In this document: one piece after another, positions 40,601-51,756 of the stretch | Numbering within the stretch: the stretch's first letter is position 1 | Layout: every line of letters starts with the position of its first letter | The notes under the pieces: generated by a model | What the model was told of the DNA's origin: nothing | The model's input: only the letters and a program-made list of their open reading frames with translations | Databases searched by the model: none | Program-made: the position numbers and the translations under genes | Origin: Zygnema circumcarinatum SAG 698-1b | Taxonomy: Eukaryota; Plantae; Zygnematophyceae | DNA length: 64,000 bases | Reading direction: 5' to 3' | Assembly: GCA_037447605.1 (NCBI GenBank) | Contig: CM074806.1 | Coordinates: forward strand, 1,736,001-1,800,000

Positions 40601-43600
40601 CGGGAGCACGCCTGCAACAAGCTCTGTTCTAATGGATAAGGTCACACGCTTGGTGGCCGGATCCACCATCAGGATGCGTGCTCGGAGCTGTCAAGTGACG
40701 CATGCAGGAATTTGAGTCAGAATAATGAAGTCGAATCGAGGCAGCCATAACAAAAGTCACATTCTGGAGGTCTTCCTCCCTTGATCCTCAAACATTGTCT
40801 AGAACCTAACAAAACTTGCAGCAGTATGATTAAGTCCTTTACAGTTGCCCCACAATAGCAAAGCATAGCCTTCCCATCCAAAAGGGGTTTCCAGACTTCG
40901 AAAATTTTCATCCTTTTGGAATTCGAAATCAGTATATTATTTCCAAAGAATTTCCAAATTTTCCATGAAATCCAAAGCATTTCCTTCAAGATGAATTCCA
41001 TAATGATCTTTTTTGAGTCCGAGAACCTCCAATGGAACAGTACACTAGACAGATGATGGCCATTACATAGGTACTTAAGTCGTTCCTGATTAACAAGGTT
41101 AAAACTGCGCGGTACATTGTTGTTGTCATCCTGTCATCATAATGCTAGCAGTAAGGCAGTCAAGGAGCGTAAACATAACAGCACGAGAGCACATATCGCT
41201 GTTACCAAACGGGGCATTGAACCAATCGATAAACAAGCTTGAACTATTTAGCACTATCGGTTTTCTGGACCTCGCTAATTCCCGAGACCCTGTGATGCAT
41301 GGGGCCTTAAGCCATCCCATCTCAGGCCATAACCTCCGTATATGTGATATGGACGAATCGAAATCAGAGACAAGCCACAACTGACGTTTGGTTATTCACA
41401 ATTATTTTATATGGCTTACAGCTTTTCGGTTCATTTAAATTACCAACAATAGATGCAGCTGGTCAAAAGCTCCTGCCAACAGAAAGGACTCCACTCTGAA
41501 ACTCATTGATGCTGCTAATGTTCTAGGTACTATGTTCGGTAAACATCACACGGTGGTTTTACTAAGGTGAGTTTGATTCAGTACACACTAACTTCTCCAC
41601 TATAAAAAGCCAAAGTGACGAGCAGAGAGGCGAAAAACACCAACAAGCTTTGCCAAAATTTGGCAGATGCGTTGGGTTAGGCACTAAAACTGTAAATGAA
41701 GAACAAAAATATGCTAGAAAAATCCTAATTTGCAAGCTGACAAGAGCTGTCAGAAAAGGCCAAGGAAAACAGCACCTCACCCGCATGTTCTCACTGTATT
41801 TCGTTGACCAATCACGAGGAGGCAGGTCCTCCTCCAAGTTAAAGCGATCAACCTGCGCATTCGAAGCCATCCAAACTTGAGGCCTATGAAAAGCACAAAA
41901 AATGATGCCATATCTGCAGTAAAGCAAACAGATTAAGTTTGACCTAAGGTGATCCGATAAATAGGCCACAATGCACAGACACAGTCGGAATGAGAATAAT
42001 GCAAGCCAAAAAGGCACCAGTTGCAGAAGACAAGCAGTTCAAGTTATAGATACGAGATTATCAATACATTGGCCTCACCTACACTGCTTTGATTGGCCGC
42101 CTCCAAGTAGGTTAAAGGGAACCAAGAAACTCACAGTCCCAGTAAAATATGTAAGGAACGATAGGAGTAGCCCATCAGCGAGCACTTTCTTGATCCGGCA
42201 ATTCACCAACTGGCCCGGCTGCAGCACCTCTATAGTAAGGCCTTCATACTCTCGTACCTGCCCAACCTCGACCCCACGCAAACTTGGGTTCAAATGGGCT
42301 CCATTCTAAATGTCTACAAAATTTTCCAGCACCTCTCATGCATCGATCCATCCATCCATCAACCAGAACTTTGGAACCCAACACGAGTCACATTCTTCTC
42401 CACTGTGCAAAAATTGACAATGCGTCTAATTACAGGACTTCCAATTTTTTTTTAAATGTAAATGATAAGACGGCTTTCTGACTCACCTTGGTATATTGAC
42501 TGACGAAAGTACCACTAAAAGGTGATTGGATGTCATAACGCTTTGGAAGTAGCACAACGCATCAAACAGCTTCATTCTCGCAGAGCAAGGAACTGAAAAA
42601 GGGTATTCGTGGTTTGTTAGTCTACCATGGCAGAAGCAGTATCTTCTGGAATCACTTTGCAGCCAACGGCTCGCCGATGCTTCTCCACGACTCCTACAAG
42701 GCATCGCAACAGCTGCCCTCTTTGCAGCACTGGGGGGTCGCTGCCGCCTGCAGACCCAGGGATGATCGTCCCTCTGTTAGGGCCAACCACTTCCTAAAAC
42801 CTCACAAGCGACTCATCGACTCACTGGTGATCTGGAGGAGTTGGCACTCAGAACATAAGTCTGCATCTCAGCCAGGTGATCCTTTCATGGGCAGTGTTCA
42901 TTTTAAGATGCTAAAATTTAAAAGGACGGTCCGTTAGGTTTCGCCTTAAAATTGCCAATCATGTAATACCTCGCAGCAGAATTGCCACGGCTTCTCAGGG
43001 ACCAACCAGCGAAAGGCATAGAGTTACAGAAGATTGTGACCTGTTCCCTTGTAGTCCTTAAAAGGCAGAAAACCAGAAAGAGCAGGGATGCCGAACGAGA
43101 GAATAGCGCCATGATCCTCCACACTTTGCACACATGCAGGCATAGCCTGAAACCCAGAGACACCGAGTTTGAATTTTACTGGAGATATAACCACGGCATT
43201 AGAATACATGCAACTCCTGTACCTCGCTATAAGTACTTTTGTGAAGTCGTGAGCTGAGCAGTTTATGAAAGCACTTAGTTCCTCGTACTTATGGAACTTT
43301 TTTCCTTCGAGGATGTCAACAAGGAGCCCAAACCAAACACAATGTATGTCTTGTCGCCTCTTAAGAATAAGCTCAGCATTGAAGTTAACTATGGGGCCAA
43401 GTAACTGAACCCAATCTCTGCGAATGCACACTGATCATACTATGTGGGCTTCACAACTTCTAAACTAACTGCACATTTCAAAAACCTTTGGCTTTCCCCT
43501 TTAAAAATAAATCAGAGGAGGTTCTATTTTAACTGCTCAAAACTGTGCACGACGATATATGTTTTGAGCAATTAATAGGCACAAGAACTGTTCAACTAAT

Positions 43601-46294
43601 TGAACGCATCTGTGCCATGCTATAGTCAGCCACTCACCATCCCTTCCTGAAAAGCTTCAGGTCCCATTCCATGGTGCAAACGTGAAAGACGGAGTGAAAG
43701 CTGAATTCGATTGGCTTTTTTGTCGCCCTTTGTCTGCTTGACCCCGTGTTCGACAACTATGCAAGCGACCAGTTGACCCACATGAAACAGCTTCCGGAGA
43801 CCTGGCACTGCATCCTCCTGGAAAAAAGGAGACCGGAATGGTCAGTATAGACCGCTCTGTCGAGACATCAGCTCTTTCGAATGAAGTGCACGAAACAGAT
43901 TTCCAGGATAAAAATGACTGCATGCCAGCCAGTTCTTGCGAATGGACGACCAGTTGAGGTACAAGCAGCTATAGAAGTGGGACTTGCAACACCTCACCAC
44001 TTCACCCATGACTTCTTCTTCCTGTGCTTTGCCATTTACGTCCGCTTCATCAGCCTCCAGTTCAGCCGGTTTCCCGGCCCCAGCCTGACGCCGCAACTTC
44101 TGTTTATTTTTCTTCTTCTTGACTTGAGACAAATCCTCTGCCAAAACATCCGATGCCTCTTTAGCCACCACAAATCCCCGAAGACCACCCGGCAGTCCAA
44201 CGACCAGATCTCTGTCGTTCACTTCGATAACCGCGCCCCAAAGCCGTGTGCCCACACTCAAGTTCTGCATGGCAAAAGAGGTTCATACGCGTTAGGCTGG
44301 GTCGATAAAGGAGACACTACAATAGTCATGTGAAGAGACGAGGGATCAATTTTTGACAATGCCATGCCATGGTGAAGGCTTTGGGAAAAATGCTGCAGAA
44401 TGCAGTACGGGCAAGGAGGAAACATAGTTTTAAACTGTCAGAATGGCTAATGTAGGAACTGCCATGCTAGGATTGATCCACAGCTAGTTCAAAGCGAGAA
44501 GCATAGTCGTATGGTTCAGAAGCTGGCAATGCAGGAAACAGGTGCATCTTGAAAAAGTACAACCCCGGGAGACCAAAATGGACGATTAGCTCCCCTCGAA
44601 TAGGACCGAGATCAACCACCCTTAGAGATTTCACTTTAATCACCATGCCGTGATTGATCTGATTTTACCAAAGACATTGTAATCATCAATAACCTAGCTC
44701 TATTCTATAAAATTCTATGGTTTTCCTGCCAGTATTGTCAAACTGCAAAGCAAATGTTCACATAGCTTCCTCAGCCAAGACCGTCCAGTGAAAGACTGGT
44801 GAGGATGTGTCACTGCGTATCTCATGTCGTTTTCTAGCTTGTACCGAGCTTTCGTGATTGAACTGTTCTAGGAAAAAGGGGAATGACAAAGATTTGGAAA
44901 GAGATATTGATAAGATGATCTTATCGGCGTGTTTTACAGTTGAACCACAGGCTTCATAAAGTTAGGGAGAGCATTGACACTTCACACAGGCCTCAGTGAC
45001 TGTAACATAAGATTATTGAATCTAGAAATTTCAAGAAAATTGTGGATGACACAACTAGCATAGTATTGAAAGTCAAACGGAGTTTCCCTCTTTGCACTTG
45101 CTTTGTATGGAATGAGAATGTGAAGCGACTTGAGTGCGCGCTGAGCCTCCAAGGACTCTGACTCTGATGTTGTAACAGAAGATGTTCTTTCCTAACAAGG
45201 AGTTGATTGTTTTACTTAAACTGTCAAAGCAAGGCGCCTCTTACGGGGTGAGGTGGGAAGAGGGAGGGCGAGGGGGGCTCTTTAGATGTGTGGCAGTGTA
45301 AAGTCCTGTAGATGAAAAAATTACGACTGGCAACGACAATCTTGTGCATTTGATAGCTAGTGCCAGTGAATAGGTTAGGTCGCGGGCGTCTAAATAACTA
45401 ATAAAACTTGTGTTATTATTCCAAGTATTCAAGTGCTCGACCCTGTGAGGCATTATGCCATTTTAATCAGGAGTTGAAACTGAAGAATCTAGTACCTCTT
45501 CATGCTCAAGTTTTCTATCCCTGTAACCTCGTGTAAGTTGTCTAATTCACCTATATCTGACGGCTTCAAGACTCCCTACTTTTCAGTAATACTAAGTATC
45601 TCACAGAAGTGTGCGCATTCTGTACATTGAAACATCTCTCACCTTGAACTTGAGTAGCCCCGCAAAATTTGAAAGTTTCCCAGACAGTTCCTTCTCCAAA
45701 AACAACGAATTTGTGTCCAGACTCTGCCCTCCTGTTCTCTGCTTCTTTCCTTTCCTTTCTCCTTTCCCTTGATGGCCCTTTTTTTCGCCTGCACCTCCTC
45801 CATCCTGCGAAACATCTGCCTCTGCGTTCTCCCCAACCTGACGGCGCTCTAATGGAGTGAGCAGGCCTCCTCCCCCTGCAGGGTATGCTAAACGAGCGAG
45901 TGAGAATAGGGGCTGCAAGGAAATCCTCGGATGTAAAGCGATAAGGCTTCTCGCAGTTTTTTGTGTGTTTTCAGTGAAAACATGGGGTCTCGGCCTCCAG
46001 CAAGAAAATTAAGCATTGCACACAACCCGACACATTCACAGCTGACAAACCGGGCTTTCCGGTCATAGATAACAAAATGACCAAAACACGTCTGCAGGAT
46101 CATTGACGAATTTATTATATTTCACGTGCGCCTGGAAAGATTCAGCAGAGAGGTCGTAAAAACCTGAACTTTGCTGCCACAACTAGTGTAAGGAGATTCA
46201 CGAATTAAGAAAATGGGAGTGGGAAAACTGAGCACGGACCTCGGGGAAAGTCCTCCTCCTCGCCTGCCGGAAACTCTGCCAAGCGTTTAGCCAT
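22827..46294 (-). CDS. RRP5: rRNA biogenesis protein RRP5 (multiple S1 domains + C-terminal HAT/TPR repeats), about 40 exons
   Basis: Exon 1 46294-46240 [18 protein letters not shown] joins [13 protein letters not shown]. Also [31 protein letters not shown], many S1 exons, [55 protein letters not shown], and last exon [11 protein letters not shown]...[10 protein letters not shown] (stop 22827-22829). Confidence 0.96.
24856..25140 (-). other. GC-AG intron in RRP5
   Basis: Donor CCA AAG|GCAAGT and acceptor tgcag|GAA GCA give YGDPPK|[10 protein letters not shown], collinear with plant RRP5. Confidence 0.85.
25545..25671. repeat. (GAAA)n/(TTTC)n microsatellite in an RRP5 intron
   Basis: About 30 imperfect GAAA units read directly. 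Confidence 0.95.
27289..27594 (-). other. GC-AG intron in RRP5
   Basis: Donor AAC ACG|GCAAGT and acceptor tgcag|GTG GCG give FIAIDNSNT|[11 protein letters not shown] (S1 motif). Confidence 0.8.
29100..29235. repeat. Two-copy tandem duplication of a ~68-bp unit in an RRP5 intron
   Basis: taagaaagctga(c/t)gcaatgata...ctgctttgaacc occurs twice with about 5 differences. Confidence 0.9.
31287..32004. mobile_element. Foldback / long-TIR MITE-like element (arms about 304 and 338 bp, spacer 76 bp) in RRP5 intron 31198-32538
   Basis: 31287-31590 aligns with the reverse complement of 31667-32004 (about 80% by eye), e.g. tgtaggccgaactattacatga / tcatgtaatagttcggcctaca. The right arm carries a 33-bp tandem duplication (31901-31966). 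Confidence 0.82.
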
Positions 46295-46460
46295 GGCGGC
46301 GCACAAGGCAAGCTCCCTCGCCTTCCCTTCCCAGCACCGTCGCCTTCACGGGAAGCAGCCCTAAGGAATTCCCGTACCGTACGGTAGGGCTGCAAGCCCG
46401 TCCGTATGGTACGGCTAGTTAGAAGTGTCCGTTAGGAATTCGCTCTCGGCTGCCACCCGG

Positions 46461-46557
46461 CCCTCCCCTCCCTCTCCCACTCTCCCACTCCCTCTCTCCC
46501 ACTCTCCCACTCCCTCTCTCCCACTCCCTCTCCCCCTCTCTCTGTCTCTCTCTCTTC
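46461..46557. repeat. CT-rich (CTCTCCCA-like) tract upstream of the RRP5 start
   Basis: Direct reading. Confidence 0.8.
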
Positions 46558-47042
46558 ATCTACACTTTGTCGTCTCAATTTTTTCTTCGGTCATCTCTCT
46601 TTCTCCTTAACATTTTTTCTATCTCTTGATGCATTCTTGTCGCCTATGGGGTAGGGAGAAGCACGGCTCGGTCGGTAAGAGTGTCATGTTCGAGTTACAG
46701 AGTTGAAATCTAATGTGTAAACTTAGGGTTGGACCATTGGAGCCGTTGGCAATGGTTGGATTGGTCTGATTGCCATCCAATGGCTGCGACCGTTGCCAAA
46801 GTTCGATTCGGTTCAACGCCATCCAATGGTTCGCAACCAATTGGATTTGCCGCGACAAACGATGAGCTCAATGGCTCGCAACCAACCATGTGGGTGCAAT
46901 GGTTGGGACCTTCACCTAGAAATGCAAAATTTTGTACGTCCATAGGGGGGCTCGAACACGCGTTCGTAATGGACGGACTGCATGGGAGTGGCGTGCCTGA
47001 ACCATTGCATTGCAAACTCATATAAACATAAGTATATATGAG

Positions 47043-47215
47043 ATTTTCCCATGGTTCCGAACCATTGCCAACGGTTGCTCAGTCGCGAATGGTTCGCAGC
47101 CATTACAATGGATGGTTGCAACCAGTGAATCCAGATATCCAAAGGTTGATTGGGTCGCGAATCAATGGTTAGTTGCAACCATCCAACGGTTTGAGCTGTG
47201 CATTGTTTCATCACA
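47043..47215 (+). repeat. 173-bp direct repeat, left copy; ends exactly at the left LTR terminus
   Basis: attttcccatgg...tttcatcaca is identical to 52426-52598. Confidence 0.95.
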
Positions 47216-47639
47216 TGTTAGAGTTAGACCCTTCAGGAGATGTCCCCTCACTCGCCACTGTAGACATTTCAGACTGAGAAGTATGCAAGGGAATAGAACA
47301 CACACTGAGAAACCGTTGGAGAAAGCACTAAGCCTAAAACTCCATTAAGAATAAATGAGATGGTTACAAGTGATAAGTCTGGCACACAGCCTTACTCTAT
47401 CATCTAAACCCTTCTCCACGACAGAAACACGCCTGAGCTAACCTAGCTCCTACCTCCTCCATACAGCCTACACAAGGCCTGTTGCACACAACAAAGGGAG
47501 AAGATACATCCTAAGCTAAGCACTAAACACTATAAATGCCTAAGCGCCAAAGGGAGCCGCAGCTCCTCATTCGGCCGCACTCCCACCGCTCCAATAAGTC
47601 TCCTCCATGTTTGCCGCTCCTTGCTCGCCTCGACGCCCG
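47216..47639 (-). repeat. 3' LTR (partial, truncated by the gap at 47640-47649)
   Basis: Matches the 5' LTR from 51705 to about 52115. Confidence 0.93.
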
Positions 47640-47649
47640 NNNNNNNNNN

Positions 47650-49051
47650 GGGACGCGAGCGGTCTCTGACACGCCGTCAACGGGCTGCTGCCAGGGTGCT
47701 CGTACGGATACTCCTGCAGAATGAACATAAGGGGCTAGATGTACGGAGATCTGCCGATCACGGGTTCCCCTGCGTGGTGCCGCAATCCTGGATTCTGTTG
47801 CTGGTTCTGATTCTGATTGTACGGCTTCATGGCACAGCGTCTCTTGGCTTGGTGGATTGAGGGGTACTGACTCGATCCTCCTGGTTTCTATTGCCACATC
47901 AGCAATCTTGGCATCTGTTGCCTCTGCTGACACGGCAGTACCTACTGCTGGCTGAAGGGTGGAGGGACTCTCCAAACCCCTTGACCTAACCTCGTCCTGC
48001 ACTTCTTCCCCCTCTTCGTAGAAGAACCGTAACTCACTTTGACTTGGGATGGCAAGGCAACGTGAGGAGAGTCTTCTGCGAAAGTCACGTCTCGGCTACT
48101 TTCAATGGTCTTTGAAACTGGGTTCCACACCCGGTATGTCAAACTGTTAGGAGCATAGCCGAGAAAGTAGCTTGGGGTGGATCGGGCAGCAAATTTAAAC
48201 TTCTGCCTCACCTTTGGAACAACAAGCCAACATTTGGAGCCCCACACTCGAAAATGTTTCATTGTGGGCTTCACACCACTCCATGCCTCTTCTGGGACTT
48301 TGTCGGGCAGTGCAGTCGTGGGGCACCGGTTGCGAATGTAGGCTGCCGTACGAACTGCCTCACCCCAAAACGTGAGAGGAAAGGGAGACTCACTAAGCAT
48401 AGTCCTGGCCATATCTCCTAAAGTTCTGTTGATGCATTCAGCTGCACCATTGTGTTGTGGAGTATACGGAGCTGAAAACTCATGCTGAATCCCGAGTGAG
48501 CTAAAATAGTCTAAGAACTCTGTAGACTTGTACTCCCCTCCATTATCAGATCTCAAAGTCTTGAGTTTAAGGCCAGTCTCCCTCTCAACCTGCAAATGCC
48601 ACTCCTGAAAGGCGACAAAGGCCTCTGATTTGTGGGCTAAAAGTTTGACCCAAACTTTCCTGGAGAATTCATCCAAGAAAGTAATGAAGTACCTGGCTCC
48701 ACCTGCACTGGCTGGAGTGATGGGACCGCAAAGGTCAGTGTGAACAAGTTGGAGTCGTTCTTGAGCGCGGTTCTCCTCATTGCGTTGCTGGCCAAAGGGA
48801 TGACGATGAGCTTTGCCAGCTTCGCAGTCAGTGCAGACTGCTTGATCTTCAATGTGCAGTTGTGGCCCTAATCCTCGAACCAAACCCTTTGCTGCAAGAG
48901 TCTTTAGACTACGGAAGCCTAAATGTCCCAGCCTCCGATGCCAGAGCTTTGCGGTAGAATTCTCAATCACTGCACACACTTGTTCATATTGTGCCTTCTT
49001 CCAATCGAGAAAATAGAGGCCGTTTCTCTCAGTGCCTCTGCACAAAGTCTG
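47650..49051 (-). repeat. Exact 1402-bp duplicate of the integrase region 49062-50463 (probable scaffolding artefact)
   Basis: Constant offset of 1412. Both copies start at the same base after a 10-N gap and share the same frameshift. Confidence 0.9.
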
Positions 49052-49353
49052 NNNNNNNNNNGGGACGCGAGCGGTCTCTGACACGCCGTCAACGGGCTGC
49101 TGCCAGGGTGCTCGTACGGATACTCCTGCAGAATGAACATAAGGGGCTAGATGTACGGAGATCTGCCGATCACGGGTTCCCCTGCGTGGTGCCGCAATCC
49201 TGGATTCTGTTGCTGGTTCTGATTCTGATTGTACGGCTTCATGGCACAGCGTCTCTTGGCTTGGTGGATTGAGGGGTACTGACTCGATCCTCCTGGTTTC
49301 TATTGCCACATCAGCAATCTTGGCATCTGTTGCCTCTGCTGACACGGCAGTAC

Positions 49354-51756
49354 CTACTGCTGGCTGAAGGGTGGAGGGACTCTCCAAACCCCTTGACCTA
49401 ACCTCGTCCTGCACTTCTTCCCCCTCTTCGTAGAAGAACCGTAACTCACTTTGACTTGGGATGGCAAGGCAACGTGAGGAGAGTCTTCTGCGAAAGTCAC
49501 GTCTCGGCTACTTTCAATGGTCTTTGAAACTGGGTTCCACACCCGGTATGTCAAACTGTTAGGAGCATAGCCGAGAAAGTAGCTTGGGGTGGATCGGGCA
49601 GCAAATTTAAACTTCTGCCTCACCTTTGGAACAACAAGCCAACATTTGGAGCCCCACACTCGAAAATGTTTCATTGTGGGCTTCACACCACTCCATGCCT
49701 CTTCTGGGACTTTGTCGGGCAGTGCAGTCGTGGGGCACCGGTTGCGAATGTAGGCTGCCGTACGAACTGCCTCACCCCAAAACGTGAGAGGAAAGGGAGA
49801 CTCACTAAGCATAGTCCTGGCCATATCTCCTAAAGTTCTGTTGATGCATTCAGCTGCACCATTGTGTTGTGGAGTATACGGAGCTGAAAACTCATGCTGA
49901 ATCCCGAGTGAGCTAAAATAGTCTAAGAACTCTGTAGACTTGTACTCCCCTCCATTATCAGATCTCAAAGTCTTGAGTTTAAGGCCAGTCTCCCTCTCAA
50001 CCTGCAAATGCCACTCCTGAAAGGCGACAAAGGCCTCTGATTTGTGGGCTAAAAGTTTGACCCAAACTTTCCTGGAGAATTCATCCAAGAAAGTAATGAA
50101 GTACCTGGCTCCACCTGCACTGGCTGGAGTGATGGGACCGCAAAGGTCAGTGTGAACAAGTTGGAGTCGTTCTTGAGCGCGGTTCTCCTCATTGCGTTGC
50201 TGGCCAAAGGGATGACGATGAGCTTTGCCAGCTTCGCAGTCAGTGCAGACTGCTTGATCTTCAATGTGCAGTTGTGGCCCTAATCCTCGAACCAAACCCT
50301 TTGCTGCAAGAGTCTTTAGACTACGGAAGCCTAAATGTCCCAGCCTCCGATGCCAGAGCTTTGCGGTAGAATTCTCAATCACTGCACACACTTGTTCATA
50401 TTGTGCCTTCTTCCAATCGAGAAAATAGAGGCCGTTTCTCTCAGTGCCTCTGCACAAAGTCTGCCCGGTTGATTTCCGAACCACCTCACAAGCATCCCCA
50501 TCAAACCAAGTTCTGTAACCCTGTTTCCCCAACTGGCTGACTGAAATGAAGTTATTCTGCAGCCCAGGAGTGTGCAAAACATTGCCAATAGAGAGGATGG
50601 TTTTCTTTTCTACTCCAAGCGCCTCCAACTTGACTACTCCTTTTTGAGTGACTTGGAATTTATCACCTGTTGCAGCATAAACTGAGCGAGAGGTCTCCAG
50701 GTTCTGTAACTCTGCGAACATGTGAGCCTCAGCACACATGTGTTTGGTTGCTCCAGAATCGATGAGCCAGGGTTTGGTTGGTGATTCCTCATCCTGGAAC
50801 TGTCCAATAAAATCAGCCTCCCCATCACCCTGTCCATCATCTTTGAGCAGAAGGTTAGTCTCCTGTGATGTAGGGCAGTTCACCGCCTTGTGACCCTTCT
50901 CTTTGCAAGTGTAGCAAGAGCCGCTGAATCCGGTCTTCTTCGGCTCAACTCCCGGCTCGTTCATCTTCCCTTTGCTGCGACAATCGGGGGACAGATGACC
51001 CAATTTGCCGCAAGTGTAACACCTGGGGGTTTGCCGCTCGAACTTGCGGTCCTCCTTTCCTTTGGACGAATTGTGAAATGCCAGCACGGTGTCAGTATGG
51101 CCCTTCTCTTTCTTAAGGGTGTTGTCTTCATCTCGAATTCTTCCTATTACCTGTGCTATGGACATTTTGGAACAGGTCAATTGAGTTCTAAGAGAAGCAA
51201 CAGCCATATTGTACTTCGTGGGCAGTCCCCCTAAAAATTGATGTATTTTATGATCTACAGGTAAGGGTTGTCCGACTGCTACAAATCTGCTCATGAGGCT
51301 ATCAAACTTAACTCGATAACTGACAAATGTGTCATCATCCTTCATTTTTAAGTTTGCAAGGTCTGAGTATAGATTTACACTGGTGCTTTCTTCTGCAACT
51401 TCATACACATCCTGGAGACACTTCCACATATCGGAAGCAATAGGAATGTCAATAAGTAGACCAGCTGGTACAGTACCTACATTCATGGCAATGTAGCCAG
51501 CAACTGTTTCATTGATATCGTACCACTTTTCGTATGCTTCCACCTCAGTGATTGGTGGAGCTTTGATAGTTCCATCAACGTACTTCATCAGCTTCTTTGA
51601 CTTCAGGAAGTACGACATGCGCCACTTCCATTTGTTGTACTCTGTGCCATCGAAGATGGGCACTCTGTACTTTACTGCTTCGTCACCGTTAGCTCTGATA
51701 CCACTGTTAGAGTTAGACCCTTCAGGAGATGTCCCCTCACTTGCCACTGTAGACAT
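49354..51756 (-). CDS. Copia Gag-protease-integrase polyprotein; frameshifted after the integrase
   Basis: VPIFDGTEYNKWKWRM (gag), two CCHC knuckles (CYTCGKLGHLSPDC, CYTCKEKGHKAVNC), WLIDSGATKHM (protease), LWHRRLGH, and HTDLCGP/RSDNGGEY/QHNGAAE (integrase). Confidence 0.93.
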   Translation of the reverse strand: MSTVASEGTSPEGSNSNSGIRANGDEAVKYRVPIFDGTEYNKWKWRMSYFLKSKKLMKYVDGTIKAPPITEVEAYEKWYDINETVAGYIAMNVGTVPAGLLIDIPIASDMWKCLQDVYEVAEESTSVNLYSDLANLKMKDDDTFVSYRVKFDSLMSRFVAVGQPLPVDHKIHQFLGGLPTKYNMAVASLRTQLTCSKMSIAQVIGRIRDEDNTLKKEKGHTDTVLAFHNSSKGKEDRKFERQTPRCYTCGKLGHLSPDCRSKGKMNEPGVEPKKTGFSGSCYTCKEKGHKAVNCPTSQETNLLLKDDGQGDGEADFIGQFQDEESPTKPWLIDSGATKHMCAEAHMFAELQNLETSRSVYAATGDKFQVTQKGVVKLEALGVEKKTILSIGNVLHTPGLQNNFISVSQLGKQGYRTWFDGDACEVVRKSTGQTLCRGTERNGLYFLDWKKAQYEQVCAVIENSTAKLWHRRLGHLGFRSLKTLAAKGLVRGLGPQLHIEDQAVCTDCEAGKAHRHPFGQQRNEENRAQERLQLVHTDLCGPITPASAGGARYFITFLDEFSRKVWVKLLAHKSEAFVAFQEWHLQVERETGLKLKTLRSDNGGEYKSTEFLDYFSSLGIQHEFSAPYTPQHNGAAECINRTLGDMARTMLSESPFPLTFWGEAVRTAAYIRNRCPTTALPDKVPEEAWSGVKPTMKHFRVWGSKCWLVVPKVRQKFKFAARSTPSYFLGYAPNSLTYRVWNPVSKTIESSRDVTFAEDSPHVALPSQVKVSYGSSTKRGKKCRTRLGQGVWRVPPPFSQQ

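Noticed and set aside
44300-45630. 1.3-kb RRP5 intron as a possible hidden element or gene
   Set aside because: No terminal repeats, long ORF or recognisable motif was seen by eye.
47523-49414. 490-aa ORF that appears to place the linker before a second integrase
   Set aside because: It is a chimera across the N gap produced by the duplicated segment.
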